NCBI GenBank assembly: GCA_027483645.1
Contig: JAIXUD010000023.1
Span: 90,639 to 154,638 of the forward strand
Length of the DNA stretch: 64,000 nt
Reading direction: 5' to 3'
Origin: Sphingobacteriales bacterium
Lineage (GTDB): Bacteria; Bacteroidota; Bacteroidia; Chitinophagales; CAIOSU01
Shown piece after piece: positions 20,885-29,901 of the stretch (positions are counted from its first letter, which is position 1; each line of letters opens with the position of its first letter). Made by a program: the position numbers and the translations under genes. Under the pieces are notes generated by a model. It searched no databases. It was not told the origin of the DNA and saw only the letters and a program-made list of their open reading frames with translations.

Positions 20885-22051
20885 ATGAAAATTGTAGCGG
20901 TAAATACACCACAACTGGCCCAAGAGTTCTTGAAGATGGCGCCTGGCCTATATACTACCGACCGCAACTATGTGCGGCCGCTGGATGATGATATAAATAA
21001 AGTATTCAACCCAGCCAAAAACAAATACTTTAACCACGGTCAATTGGAGCGCTGGTTGTTATATAATGATGGAGGTAAGCCTATTGGCCGTATCGCGGCA
21101 TTTATCAATGAATCTACCGCCTACAAATTCACCCAACCGACGGGTGGGATGGGCTTCTTTGAGTGCATCAATAAACAGGAAGCCGCCAACCTGCTGCTGG
21201 ATACTGCCAAAAGCTGGCTGGCCGAGCGCGGTATGGAGGCTATGGACGGCCCTATTAACTTCGGTGAGCGCAACAACTGGTGGGGATTGCTTATTGAAGG
21301 CTTTGACCCGCCATGCTATGGCATGAACTACAACCCGCCGTATTACAAGGCTTTGCTAGAAAACTATGGTTTTCAAGTTTACTTTAACCAATTGAGTTAT
21401 GGTTTGGGCGTAAATGAAGAACGACCAGAGATATATTACGCCAAAAGCAAAAAACTGCTAGAAGACGACCCTAGTTATCGCTTTAAGCACCTCACCTTTG
21501 ATGAGACAGAAAAGTATACCGAAGATTTCCGTACGATATATAATAAGGCTTTTGTAAACAGCCGCGAAGGACTTAAGGAAATGAGTGCCGAGCAGGCCAG
21601 TAACCTAATGAAAGCCATGCGCCCGATATTAGTGGACTATCTTATCTGGTTCGGGTATTACAAGGAAGATCCGATTGCCATTTTCTTTATGTTGCCGGAA
21701 CTTAACGGCTACTTTAAGCACGTAAATGGTAAAATGAACATGATGGGCAAGCTAAAGTTCCTCTACCACAAGCTTACCGGCTCGGTGCGGAAGATGTATG
21801 GTATTATGTTCGGTGTAGTACCCGAGCACCAAGGCAAGGGTGTGGAAGGCGGTATAATTATGGCTGCCAATGCTGTGGTTCAATCCAAAAAGCGTTGGGA
21901 TGAAATGGAGCTGACCTGGATAGGAGATTTTAACCCAAAGATGATCCGTGTAGCAGAAAATCTGGGGGCTAGGGTGGTGAAGAAACATGCCACGTTCCGC
22001 TATCTTTTCGACCGCAATAAGCCCTTTGAGCGCTACCCAATGATTGAATAA
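20885..22051 (+). CDS. GNAT-fold protein (YghO-like)
   Basis: GRIAAFIN, GMGFFECI, GLLIEGF, YNPPYY, FGVVPEHQGKG, ELTWIGDFN. Start at MKIVAV. Confidence 0.8.
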   Translation: MKIVAVNTPQLAQEFLKMAPGLYTTDRNYVRPLDDDINKVFNPAKNKYFNHGQLERWLLYNDGGKPIGRIAAFINESTAYKFTQPTGGMGFFECINKQEAANLLLDTAKSWLAERGMEAMDGPINFGERNNWWGLLIEGFDPPCYGMNYNPPYYKALLENYGFQVYFNQLSYGLGVNEERPEIYYAKSKKLLEDDPSYRFKHLTFDETEKYTEDFRTIYNKAFVNSREGLKEMSAEQASNLMKAMRPILVDYLIWFGYYKEDPIAIFFMLPELNGYFKHVNGKMNMMGKLKFLYHKLTGSVRKMYGIMFGVVPEHQGKGVEGGIIMAANAVVQSKKRWDEMELTWIGDFNPKMIRVAENLGARVVKKHATFRYLFDRNKPFERYPMIE

Positions 22052-22122
22052 GGCGTGGTTATCAAGCTGCAAGTTACCTTTGCGTTTTTTCTTAGTGTAC
22101 TTTGCAGTTAACTTTAACCATT

Positions 22123-23193
22123 ATGGCCAACCCTGCCACACCAAAGAAGAACCGCCGCTTCAAGCTGATAGCTATCTGCTTGGGGTTGATGGTTGGATTG
22201 GTGGTTGCCATAGGGATACTGCGCTACTACCAAAAGCAGCAATCGCCCCAGTTTTTCGGCAACTACTTGGAGGATGGCTTTGAACCCCATCCGTACTTGG
22301 GCTATGCGCCTAAAAGTAACACCTCTCTAACCTCTTGCAAGGTAGCGCAAGGAGATACGCTATATTGTGCCACTTATAGTATTGATAGTGTTGGGCGTAG
22401 GCAAACTTTGCATGAGCCATCAGCGGCAACACACATAATGCTTTTTGGCTGCTCATTTACCTACGGTGAAGGGGTTAATGACTATGAGACTTTTGCTTAC
22501 CATTTGGCATTGATGCTTCCTTACCAAGACCAAGTTTACAACTATGGCTATAGTGGTTATGGTCCGCAGCAGATGCTTGCCCACTTGCAGTTTGGAGACC
22601 TTAAAAGCCAGGTGCCACAACAGGAAGGAACATTGATATATACGCTATTGCCAGAGCATGTAAACCGCGCTGCTGCGGCACCATACTATCTGCAAAGCTG
22701 GGGTGCAAAATCGCCGCACTATGCGCTGGAGGGCGATTCGTTGGTGTATTATGCCAACCACTATGCTTGGCGGTTTTGGTACACAGGTTGGCATCGTTTT
22801 CTGGGCTGGAGTGGAGTTGCGGGTTTGATGAGTAATAGGGAGCCAACATACACAGAGGATGATATTCACCTTACCGTGGCTGTTATAAAGCAAAGCCAAA
22901 TACAATACCTTGCCAATTACCCAAAAGGTAGGTTTGTCATCGCCATTCCACCCTTCAGGGAGAAAGGACCACTTTATAATGATTTGGTAACAGCGCTGCG
23001 AAATGAAGACATCGAAATACTTGATCTTACTAATGCCTATCCTATTGAATCAACTTTCATTATAGAGGGTGATGGCCATCCCAACGCCAATGGTCATGCC
23101 AAACTGGCTAAAGGTTTGTTTAAACTGTTTGGGGCAGTTAATCCTTCAGAGCCCGACCTACGCGAACTTACGATGGGAAATGGATGTGGATAG
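22123..23193 (+). CDS. Membrane-anchored SGNH/GDSL-hydrolase-like protein
   Basis: N-terminal TM, FGCSFTYGEGV (block I), NYGYSGYGPQQ, DGHPN (DxH). TACCTTTG -7 element at 22075-22082. Confidence 0.75.
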   Translation: MANPATPKKNRRFKLIAICLGLMVGLVVAIGILRYYQKQQSPQFFGNYLEDGFEPHPYLGYAPKSNTSLTSCKVAQGDTLYCATYSIDSVGRRQTLHEPSAATHIMLFGCSFTYGEGVNDYETFAYHLALMLPYQDQVYNYGYSGYGPQQMLAHLQFGDLKSQVPQQEGTLIYTLLPEHVNRAAAAPYYLQSWGAKSPHYALEGDSLVYYANHYAWRFWYTGWHRFLGWSGVAGLMSNREPTYTEDDIHLTVAVIKQSQIQYLANYPKGRFVIAIPPFREKGPLYNDLVTALRNEDIEILDLTNAYPIESTFIIEGDGHPNANGHAKLAKGLFKLFGAVNPSEPDLRELTMGNGCG

Positions 23194-23197
23194 ACAA

Positions 23198-24172
23198 TCA
23201 GTCCGCTATTACCCGCACCCCTTCCTTATTAATCCCCGAAACATACACCTGGTTTTCGATACCTAGTGCGTTAAAGGTTTCAGCGAATGCTTTGGCTACC
23301 GCTTCAGCAGTTTCGAAGGTACTGCAGAAGGCAAACATGGATGGCCCGCTGCCCGATATATTGCCGCCCAATGCGCCAGCCGTCATAGCAGCTTGTTTAG
23401 CCTCATAGTAACCCGAAATAAGCGTAGCACGCACTGGCTCCACAATTACATCTTGCAACGAGCGGCCTATCAAGGTGTGGTCGCCTTTGGCAAGCCCAGC
23501 CACCAGCCCAGCCACGTTGCCCCATTGCCGTACGGCATCTTTCAGCGGCACCAGCTCCGGCAGTATCTTGCGGGCATCTTCGGTGAGTATTTCAATTTGT
23601 GGGTGTACAATGGCTACAAATAGGTTGTCAGGGTAGGGGAGGGCAACCACATCTAGTGGCATATAACTACGCACCAGCACAAAGCCGCCCAATACGGCGG
23701 GTGCAACATTGTCGGCATGGGCAACACCACATGCAGCGCTCTCACCCTGCATGGCAAATTGCACCAAGTCGCTTTTCTTGAGGGGATTGCCCAATAACAC
23801 GTTTAACCCAAATACCCCAGCCGCCGCACTCGCTGAACTGCTGCCAAGGCCACTCCCAGGTTTTATCTTCTCGTGAAAAATTACCTCAATGCCATGGTTG
23901 CTAATGAAGTGCGATGCTGTGGTACCAGTATGTTTATCTGTTTTTAGAAAATCTAGATACGCCTGTAAAGCTACCGTTGTAGTATTTCTGGCGGGGTCGA
24001 GTGGAATGTTGAGATTCGCTATTTCGTTACGGATAACTATGCTGCCCGGTGTATCGGTTAATGAGACGGAGATTACATCGCCCGGCTTTTCCAACGCAAA
24101 GCCCAGTACATCAAATCCGCAACCAATATTGGCAACAGTGGCCGGCGAAAAAATCTTGATTGTTTTGCTCAT
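23198..24172 (-). CDS. thrB: Homoserine kinase
   Basis: SPATVANIGCGFDVLG, GSGLGSSSAS (GHMP), HADNVAP, ISGSGPS. Confidence 0.93.
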   Translation of the reverse strand: MSKTIKIFSPATVANIGCGFDVLGFALEKPGDVISVSLTDTPGSIVIRNEIANLNIPLDPARNTTTVALQAYLDFLKTDKHTGTTASHFISNHGIEVIFHEKIKPGSGLGSSSASAAAGVFGLNVLLGNPLKKSDLVQFAMQGESAACGVAHADNVAPAVLGGFVLVRSYMPLDVVALPYPDNLFVAIVHPQIEILTEDARKILPELVPLKDAVRQWGNVAGLVAGLAKGDHTLIGRSLQDVIVEPVRATLISGYYEAKQAAMTAGALGGNISGSGPSMFAFCSTFETAEAVAKAFAETFNALGIENQVYVSGINKEGVRVIAD

Positions 24173-24326
24173 GGTAGCGCGTGTTCAGTATAATATTACC
24201 ACCTGTTTCGCAACTTGTGTAATTGGGCATACTATTTTTTTGAATGCGGTGAACTTTTCTCTAAGCAATGTGATTGTATGATTGTAAATTCAATGTTGTA
24301 ACATTAATAAAAAAAAGACACCCAAA

Positions 24327-25412
24327 ATGAAATTATTTAGCGAATACCAACTTGGCAACATTACCTTAAAGAACCGCATTGTAATGGCCCCAATGACCCG
24401 CAGCCGTGCAATAGGCAATGTACCAAACGACCTAATGGCAACCTATTATGGTCAGCGTGCCACCGCTGGTTTGATTATTAGCGAGGGCACTGCCCCATCG
24501 GCCAACGCCCTAGGTTATGCCCGCATACCTGGCCTATTTAGCCAAGAGCAAGTGGAAGGTTGGAAAAAAGTAACCAGTGCCGTGCATGCCAAAGGCGGCA
24601 AAATTTTTGCCCAGTTAATGCATACTGGCCGTGCATCGCACAGTGCCAACTTACCTGAAGGTGCCACAGTAGTAGCCCCTAGTGCCTTGCAACTTGCTGG
24701 CGAAACTTGGACCGATACCAACGGTATGGTACCTTATACCGTGCCTAAAGAAATACCAACCAGCGATATAGACGCTACACAGAATGAATTTGTAACCGCA
24801 GCAAAGAATGCTATTGCGGCAGGTTTTGATGGCGTAGAACTCCATGGTGCCAACGGTTATTTGATTGAGCAGTTTTTGAACACAGCCACCAATCACCGCA
24901 CCGATAACTATGGCGGCAGCGTGGAAAACCGCAACCGCTTTGCTATTGAGACTGCCCAGAAAGTAGTGGCTGCCATCGGTGCCGAAAAAACCGCCATCCG
25001 CTTGTCACCTTATGGGGTGTTCAATGCTATCGAAATTTATGACGGTATTGATGAGGCTTTCGTGCAGTTGGCAACCGAGCTTGGTAAATTGAAAATTGCT
25101 TACCTACATATTGTAGACCATAGCAGCCAAGGCGCACCAACTGTTCCGCAAGAGTTGAAAACCAAGTTGCAGCAAGCATTTGGCGGTACATTCATTTACA
25201 GCGGTGGTTTGGACAAGGCTTCAGCCGAGGCGGTATTGCAAGATGGCAAAGGCGACTTGGTGGCATTTGGCCGTCCATTCCTTGCCAACCCTGATTTGGT
25301 TGCCCGTTTCGAAAACAACGTGGAACTTGCCCAACCCGATTATACTAAACTTTATACCCCGGGAGCAGATGGTTACAGTGATTATCCAGTAGCAGCGCAA
25401 ACAGTAGCTTAA
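24327..25412 (+). CDS. Old-yellow-enzyme family alkene reductase (NemA-like)
   Basis: NRIVMAPMTRSRA, GFDGVELHGANGYL, RTDNYGGSVENR, FGRPFLANPDL. Confidence 0.93.
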   Translation: MKLFSEYQLGNITLKNRIVMAPMTRSRAIGNVPNDLMATYYGQRATAGLIISEGTAPSANALGYARIPGLFSQEQVEGWKKVTSAVHAKGGKIFAQLMHTGRASHSANLPEGATVVAPSALQLAGETWTDTNGMVPYTVPKEIPTSDIDATQNEFVTAAKNAIAAGFDGVELHGANGYLIEQFLNTATNHRTDNYGGSVENRNRFAIETAQKVVAAIGAEKTAIRLSPYGVFNAIEIYDGIDEAFVQLATELGKLKIAYLHIVDHSSQGAPTVPQELKTKLQQAFGGTFIYSGGLDKASAEAVLQDGKGDLVAFGRPFLANPDLVARFENNVELAQPDYTKLYTPGADGYSDYPVAAQTVA

Positions 25413-25436
25413 CTGCCACCTAATATTTTCAGTGCC

Positions 25437-25467
25437 AAAAAGCCACGCCATTAGGTGTGGCTTTTTT
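25437..25467 (+). terminator. Intrinsic terminator
   Basis: AAAAAGCCACGCC-ATTA-GGTGTGGCTTTTTT. Confidence 0.85.
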
Positions 25468-25518
25468 GATTTTTGGTTGGCACTAAATGTGTATAGCACT
25501 TAATCACAACCACTAGCT

Positions 25519-26583
25519 ATGTTTATCATAGAAATTGCTATCATTTCTTTATCGATTTTGTTTGTTGCCGGCACGCTTGCGCCATTGCTTAATGTTGACC
25601 ATTGGCTGGTGCGTGGCTGGGATTTCCCACGATTGCAGGTGGCCGTTATGTTGGCCGCGCTAATTGTCGCTGGTTGTGTGGTATTCCCTTTTTCCACAGT
25701 GGGGTCATATTTGCTCAATATTTCACTGGCCATGTGTTTAGTGTTTCAGTTGGGGCAGGTAATACCTTATACGCTTTTTTGGAAGAAGCAGGTAAAAGCT
25801 AGCAAAACCCTGAATACAGATCGCACCCTTTCCATAATAGCCAGCAACGTATATGCCCCTAACCGCAATGTAGCTGCCTTGCTTAAGTTGGTAAATGAGC
25901 GAAAGCCTCACCTGCTGCTTACCTTGGAGAGTGATGGGTGGTGGGAAGAACAATTGAAGCCATTGGAAAGTGAATATCCATTTACCGTCAAGGTGCCGCT
26001 GGATAACCTTTATGGTATGCACCTGTATTCACAATTACCGTTGGTTGATATTGAGGTGAAATTTTTGATGGAGCCTGGTATACCGTCAATTCATGGATTT
26101 GTAAGGCTGGAATCGGGAGAGCAGGTGGAGATACATTGCCTGCACCCCATGCCGCCAAGCCCTACCGAAAGCAAAACCAGCACCAGCCGAGATGCGGAGC
26201 TATTGCTGGTGGGTCGAGATATTGATACCAATAACGGCCCAGTGATAGTATTGGGTGACTTGAACGATGTGGCATGGTCTCGAACCACAGGTATGTTCCA
26301 AAAGATAAGTGGACTGCTAGACCCTCGGCGCGGTCGAGGCTTTTTCAACACCTTCAACGCCAAGTACCCGCTTATGCGCTGGCCGCTTGACCATATTTTC
26401 CACTCCAACCATTTTACCTTGATAGATATGGAACGGTTGCCGAACATTGGCTCCGACCACTTCCCTATGTATTTATCGCTTCACCTAGAACCCCAAGCTC
26501 GCCAAAAGCAAGAAGAACCTGAGGCCACTGCCAGCGAAGAAGAATGGGCGCAGGAAAAGATTAAACAAGGCGCTAAAGGATAG
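25519..26583 (+). CDS. Membrane-anchored endonuclease/exonuclease/phosphatase (YafD-like) protein
   Basis: Three N-terminal TMs, SNV, LGDLND, PLDHIF, IGSDHFP. Confidence 0.85.
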   Translation: MFIIEIAIISLSILFVAGTLAPLLNVDHWLVRGWDFPRLQVAVMLAALIVAGCVVFPFSTVGSYLLNISLAMCLVFQLGQVIPYTLFWKKQVKASKTLNTDRTLSIIASNVYAPNRNVAALLKLVNERKPHLLLTLESDGWWEEQLKPLESEYPFTVKVPLDNLYGMHLYSQLPLVDIEVKFLMEPGIPSIHGFVRLESGEQVEIHCLHPMPPSPTESKTSTSRDAELLLVGRDIDTNNGPVIVLGDLNDVAWSRTTGMFQKISGLLDPRRGRGFFNTFNAKYPLMRWPLDHIFHSNHFTLIDMERLPNIGSDHFPMYLSLHLEPQARQKQEEPEATASEEEWAQEKIKQGAKG

Positions 26584-27525
26584 TTACTTGCAGTATTTCT
26601 GTTTAAGTTCTAGCACTTCTTGCCCATAGTCTCTTGTGTACTCCAGTAATAGAGCGGTGTCGAAACAAATGCATGCCTGTTTTTTGTTTTTCTGTTTGAT
26701 GTAGGCCAGTCCGAGATTTTTATGAGCATACGAATTATTGGACCAGTAATTAAGAGATTCTCGAATCATTTCTATACCCATTTCCACCTTACCAGCTTGC
26801 ACATAGGCATAACCCAAATTATTTAGGGTTTTGGGCTCGTATGGGTTTTTCACAAGCAGCTTTTGGTAAATTTCGATTGCTTCCTTATAATTCCCCATAA
26901 GGCTATGGGTAAGAGCAATATTATTTAGGAGTATATCATTGTTTTTGTCAATTTCGTAAGCCCTTAAATTGTAAAACAGCACCTTTTCATAATCTTTGGT
27001 CGCCATGTGGACAATGGCGAGATTTGCTAAATATGTTAAGCTGTTAGGAAATAACTGCAATGCCGCTTCTCCATATGTATTAGCGGCTTCGTAATCCAAC
27101 ATTCTCTTTTTTACAAGTGATTGATGGTAGAATACCCAAGCCTTTTGGGTATCTGTTTCGCAATGCCTAAGGGTAGTAGATAATACGCTATCTGCTTTGG
27201 CTAAATAACCACTTATAGAAAGCAAATCACTATAAAAATTTAATTTTTGAACGTTAGTAGAATCAGTGGAGAGCAACCGTTCCATTTCGACAATTGCCTC
27301 CAATCGACCTATGCTATTTGATATCAAATTGATTCTATGAAGCTGGTAGCTTGTTTTATTAGGATACACAGAGATTAAACTATCAATCAAGACTTTAGCA
27401 CGGGAATATTTTTTTAACTCTATAAGTCTTGAAATTTCATCATCAAAGGATGCATTGTTTTTCTGTGCCACCACAGAAGTGTAGAGCATGACATTTAATA
27501 TCAAAAACAGAATAAGGTGGCTCAT
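26584..27525 (-). CDS. Secreted tetratricopeptide-repeat protein
   Basis: Repeated TPR patterns (LNNIAL..., TLNNLGYAY, AHKNLGLAY). Signal-like N-terminus MSHLILFLIL. Visibly AT-richer than neighbours. Confidence 0.8.
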   Translation of the reverse strand: MSHLILFLILNVMLYTSVVAQKNNASFDDEISRLIELKKYSRAKVLIDSLISVYPNKTSYQLHRINLISNSIGRLEAIVEMERLLSTDSTNVQKLNFYSDLLSISGYLAKADSVLSTTLRHCETDTQKAWVFYHQSLVKKRMLDYEAANTYGEAALQLFPNSLTYLANLAIVHMATKDYEKVLFYNLRAYEIDKNNDILLNNIALTHSLMGNYKEAIEIYQKLLVKNPYEPKTLNNLGYAYVQAGKVEMGIEMIRESLNYWSNNSYAHKNLGLAYIKQKNKKQACICFDTALLLEYTRDYGQEVLELKQKYCK

Positions 27526-27594
27526 TTCTCCAAATATAAAGCAATTTATACGGCAAAATAGGCTCTTATTTTGCCTAGCTATTTCAGGTACAAC

Positions 27595-27634
27595 AAAAAA
27601 CAAAGAATCCCGAGGCCTGCTGCCCCCTGGATTC
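27595..27634 (-). terminator. Intrinsic terminator directly after gldM
   Basis: Minus strand: GAATCCAGGGGGCAGCAGGCCTCGGGATTC followed by TTTGTTTTTT. Confidence 0.7.
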
Positions 27635-27683
27635 CATGCCGGTTTACATTGCCCTTTTATTAATCTGGTGCATTGGTGTGTGT

Positions 27684-29312
27684 TTAGTTCAGCTCATAAA
27701 TGAGCGTGCCTACGTTTACAATTTCGCCAGCCACGTTCACTTTTATATTGTCAAAGTATACCGTTACCTTTTGGCCAGGCCTCAGCCTTCTCAAATGGCT
27801 TTTTAAATTTTCTGGAATGACCTGCCCTTTCACTTTCGTAGTGTTGATCGTAATGTCTCCGTCCATACTTACCATGTATTCAAACTCGCTCACCTCAAAA
27901 GGAATATTGAACACAAACTCGTCCAGTTTTACTTCGATAATGGGCGCGGTTAAAAAACGACTTTTCGCCATTCGAGAACTTCCTACTTTAAGCACTGTGG
28001 GTAAAGGTTTTGGTATCTTTTTAACCCTGAAGGTCATGTTGCCCATCTTCTTGCTTTGGCCGTCAATTTCGGCGTACACATCTACATTCACATCGCCAGT
28101 AACATTTACTTTGGCCAGATACTTACCGTTGTTGCCGTTAATGGAACCGTTACTGATTCGTGCGGTAACCTTATCGGCTGGTACGCCAGGTACTGAGATG
28201 GCCAGCGGGTTATCTACCCCAATGTATAGCACGTTCATCTTCTCGGCAGATACCACGGCGGTGGATTTGGACGATTGATAATTAAACTCAAACGGCAGAT
28301 AACGGAAGCCTTCGCCATCGGGCTCGCGCAGTTTGATCACCCCCGTGCGGCGGTTCATGCCCGGTTGTTGGCTCAGCTCTTTAAACGATGCCATACCGTT
28401 GGTTACTTCCAATTTTTGAAAGCCTTCTTTCAATGGAAACTCCGCTACTACGTTTTTCAGTTTTTTGGTCTCACCTTCGTACATATCGGCAGGGTTTTTA
28501 AACTGGCCCACAAATACTTCCACTTCCTGCGTGCTGCTGGTAGCAGCCACAAATATCTCCGTACGGAACTCTTGCTGGCCCGCCAGTACAAAGCTGTTTT
28601 CATTAAGCGAGGTGGCAAATAGTTTATCAAATTTAAACACGCCCACATCCACTTTCTTGTACAGCTCGCTCATCATGAGGGTTTCGGCGTTGCGCACGTC
28701 GCCCTGTAGCTTGCTAAGCAAGGCCACGGTAGCAGCAACGGGCACCCGCTCAAAGTTATAGGTTACCCAGTCTTTTTTGCCCAGGCGCTCGGCTTCGGTT
28801 TTGTCATATACTGTGGTAAGCGGCATCTGTAGGTCCAGTATTTTCAGTTCCTCTTCGGTAAGCACACCTGATAGCAGTAGCTGGCTTCGCAGCTCGTTTA
28901 TTTTTTGCTGTAGGTCGTAGCCCAGCTTTTGGTCAACCAGCAAGCGGGTGGTTACGTCCACGTCCTTTTTGCCTTTTAGGCTACCATCCTCGTCATATCC
29001 ACCGCTGGCTTCGATGATGTTGGTCTTCAAGCCTTCTATATAGTTGTAGAAGTCTTGGCTGAGCAACTGCACCCGCTGTGCTTCTTTTAGGAAGGGCTCG
29101 GTCTTTACAGGATTGTTGGCATACTTCTGCTCAAACTCAAACATTAATGCTGAGTTTTTACTTACCAAGCTTTGGTTAGTGGCTTTTATGCCGTCATCAA
29201 TCAACCGGAACGAGTTGAGCACTTCGGCGGAAACGTTAAGGGCGAGCAGGGCTGTTAGCACCAGATACATCATGTTGATCATCTGTTGCCGGGGGTCTTT
29301 AGGAATGGACAT
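27684..29312 (-). CDS. gldM: GldM/PorM family T9SS/gliding motor protein (stand-alone copy)
   Basis: N-terminal PRQQMINMMYLVLTALLALNVSAEVL signature; VSAEKMNVLYIGVDNPLAISVPGVP; FRVKKIPKP. Confidence 0.9.
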   Translation of the reverse strand: MSIPKDPRQQMINMMYLVLTALLALNVSAEVLNSFRLIDDGIKATNQSLVSKNSALMFEFEQKYANNPVKTEPFLKEAQRVQLLSQDFYNYIEGLKTNIIEASGGYDEDGSLKGKKDVDVTTRLLVDQKLGYDLQQKINELRSQLLLSGVLTEEELKILDLQMPLTTVYDKTEAERLGKKDWVTYNFERVPVAATVALLSKLQGDVRNAETLMMSELYKKVDVGVFKFDKLFATSLNENSFVLAGQQEFRTEIFVAATSSTQEVEVFVGQFKNPADMYEGETKKLKNVVAEFPLKEGFQKLEVTNGMASFKELSQQPGMNRRTGVIKLREPDGEGFRYLPFEFNYQSSKSTAVVSAEKMNVLYIGVDNPLAISVPGVPADKVTARISNGSINGNNGKYLAKVNVTGDVNVDVYAEIDGQSKKMGNMTFRVKKIPKPLPTVLKVGSSRMAKSRFLTAPIIEVKLDEFVFNIPFEVSEFEYMVSMDGDITINTTKVKGQVIPENLKSHLRRLRPGQKVTVYFDNIKVNVAGEIVNVGTLIYELN

Positions 29313-29366
29313 CGGGAGGAGGATTTAGTTGGTGAAAAATGTTTCGGATTATTCTATTCACACAAC

Positions 29367-29394
29367 GCAACCTTCGCCTTTCTTATTTCGTCTA
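29367..29394 (+). promoter_or_regulatory. ECF-sigma-type promoter motif GCAACC-N17-GTCTA facing the XRE gene
   Basis: GCAACC TTCGCCTTTCTTATTTC GTCTA; a matching motif lies at 31330-31357 on the - strand. Confidence 0.55.
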
Positions 29395-29639
29395 ATAAAT
29401 TGATTGACAATTAGTTATGGTAAGTTGTTGTTGACATTTTGCCAACCATGCTTTACATGCAGCACCGCAGGTTTTACTAAATGTAAAAGCGGGCAGGCAC
29501 AATTTTTTTTGAAAATATTTTCATCGGGGGTACTACTTACCATACCCCTATGGAGAAATTATGCCCCTTATATACTAAATGCCCCTGTTATTGCCGTTAT
29601 GCAACTATCCGGCAAACATATTATCCAAGGGGGCACGCT

Positions 29640-29861
29640 ATGATCACCAACCATCTGAAAGTAGAACGCGCCAAGCGCAACCTTACCCAAGCTCAACTTG
29701 CCCAACTGGTTGGGGTAAGCCGCCAAACCATCAATGCCATCGAAAAACGTAAATTGGTACCCAGCACGTTAGTGGCGCTCAAGCTATCGCGCTGTTTCGA
29801 AACTAGCGTGAACAATATCTTTGAGCTGGATGGCAAGCCGCAGGAGAAGAAGGCGAGTTGA
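29640..29861 (+). CDS. XRE/Cro-family helix-turn-helix transcriptional regulator
   Basis: NHLKVERAKRNLTQAQLAQLVGVSRQTINAIEK...PST..ALKLS...VNNIF; start ATG 29640. Confidence 0.9.
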   Translation: MITNHLKVERAKRNLTQAQLAQLVGVSRQTINAIEKRKLVPSTLVALKLSRCFETSVNNIFELDGKPQEKKAS

Positions 29862-29901
29862 TGTGGGATGACAGACGTGTTAGTATTGAATATCTATATG
29901 A

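Noticed and set aside
24281..24294. ATTG-N6-CAAT palindrome upstream of the OYE gene as a MarR/OhrR operator
   Set aside because: Too short and AT-rich to support, and no cognate regulator is adjacent.
27700..28761. Several + strand ORFs (192, 115 and 98 aa)
   Set aside because: All lie antisense within gldM and have no recognisable features.
29550..29639. N-terminal extension of the XRE ORF with Cys residues (CPLYTKCPCYC)
   Set aside because: The HTH family pattern begins at ATG 29640; the extension is probably untranslated leader and does not form a convincing zinc finger.
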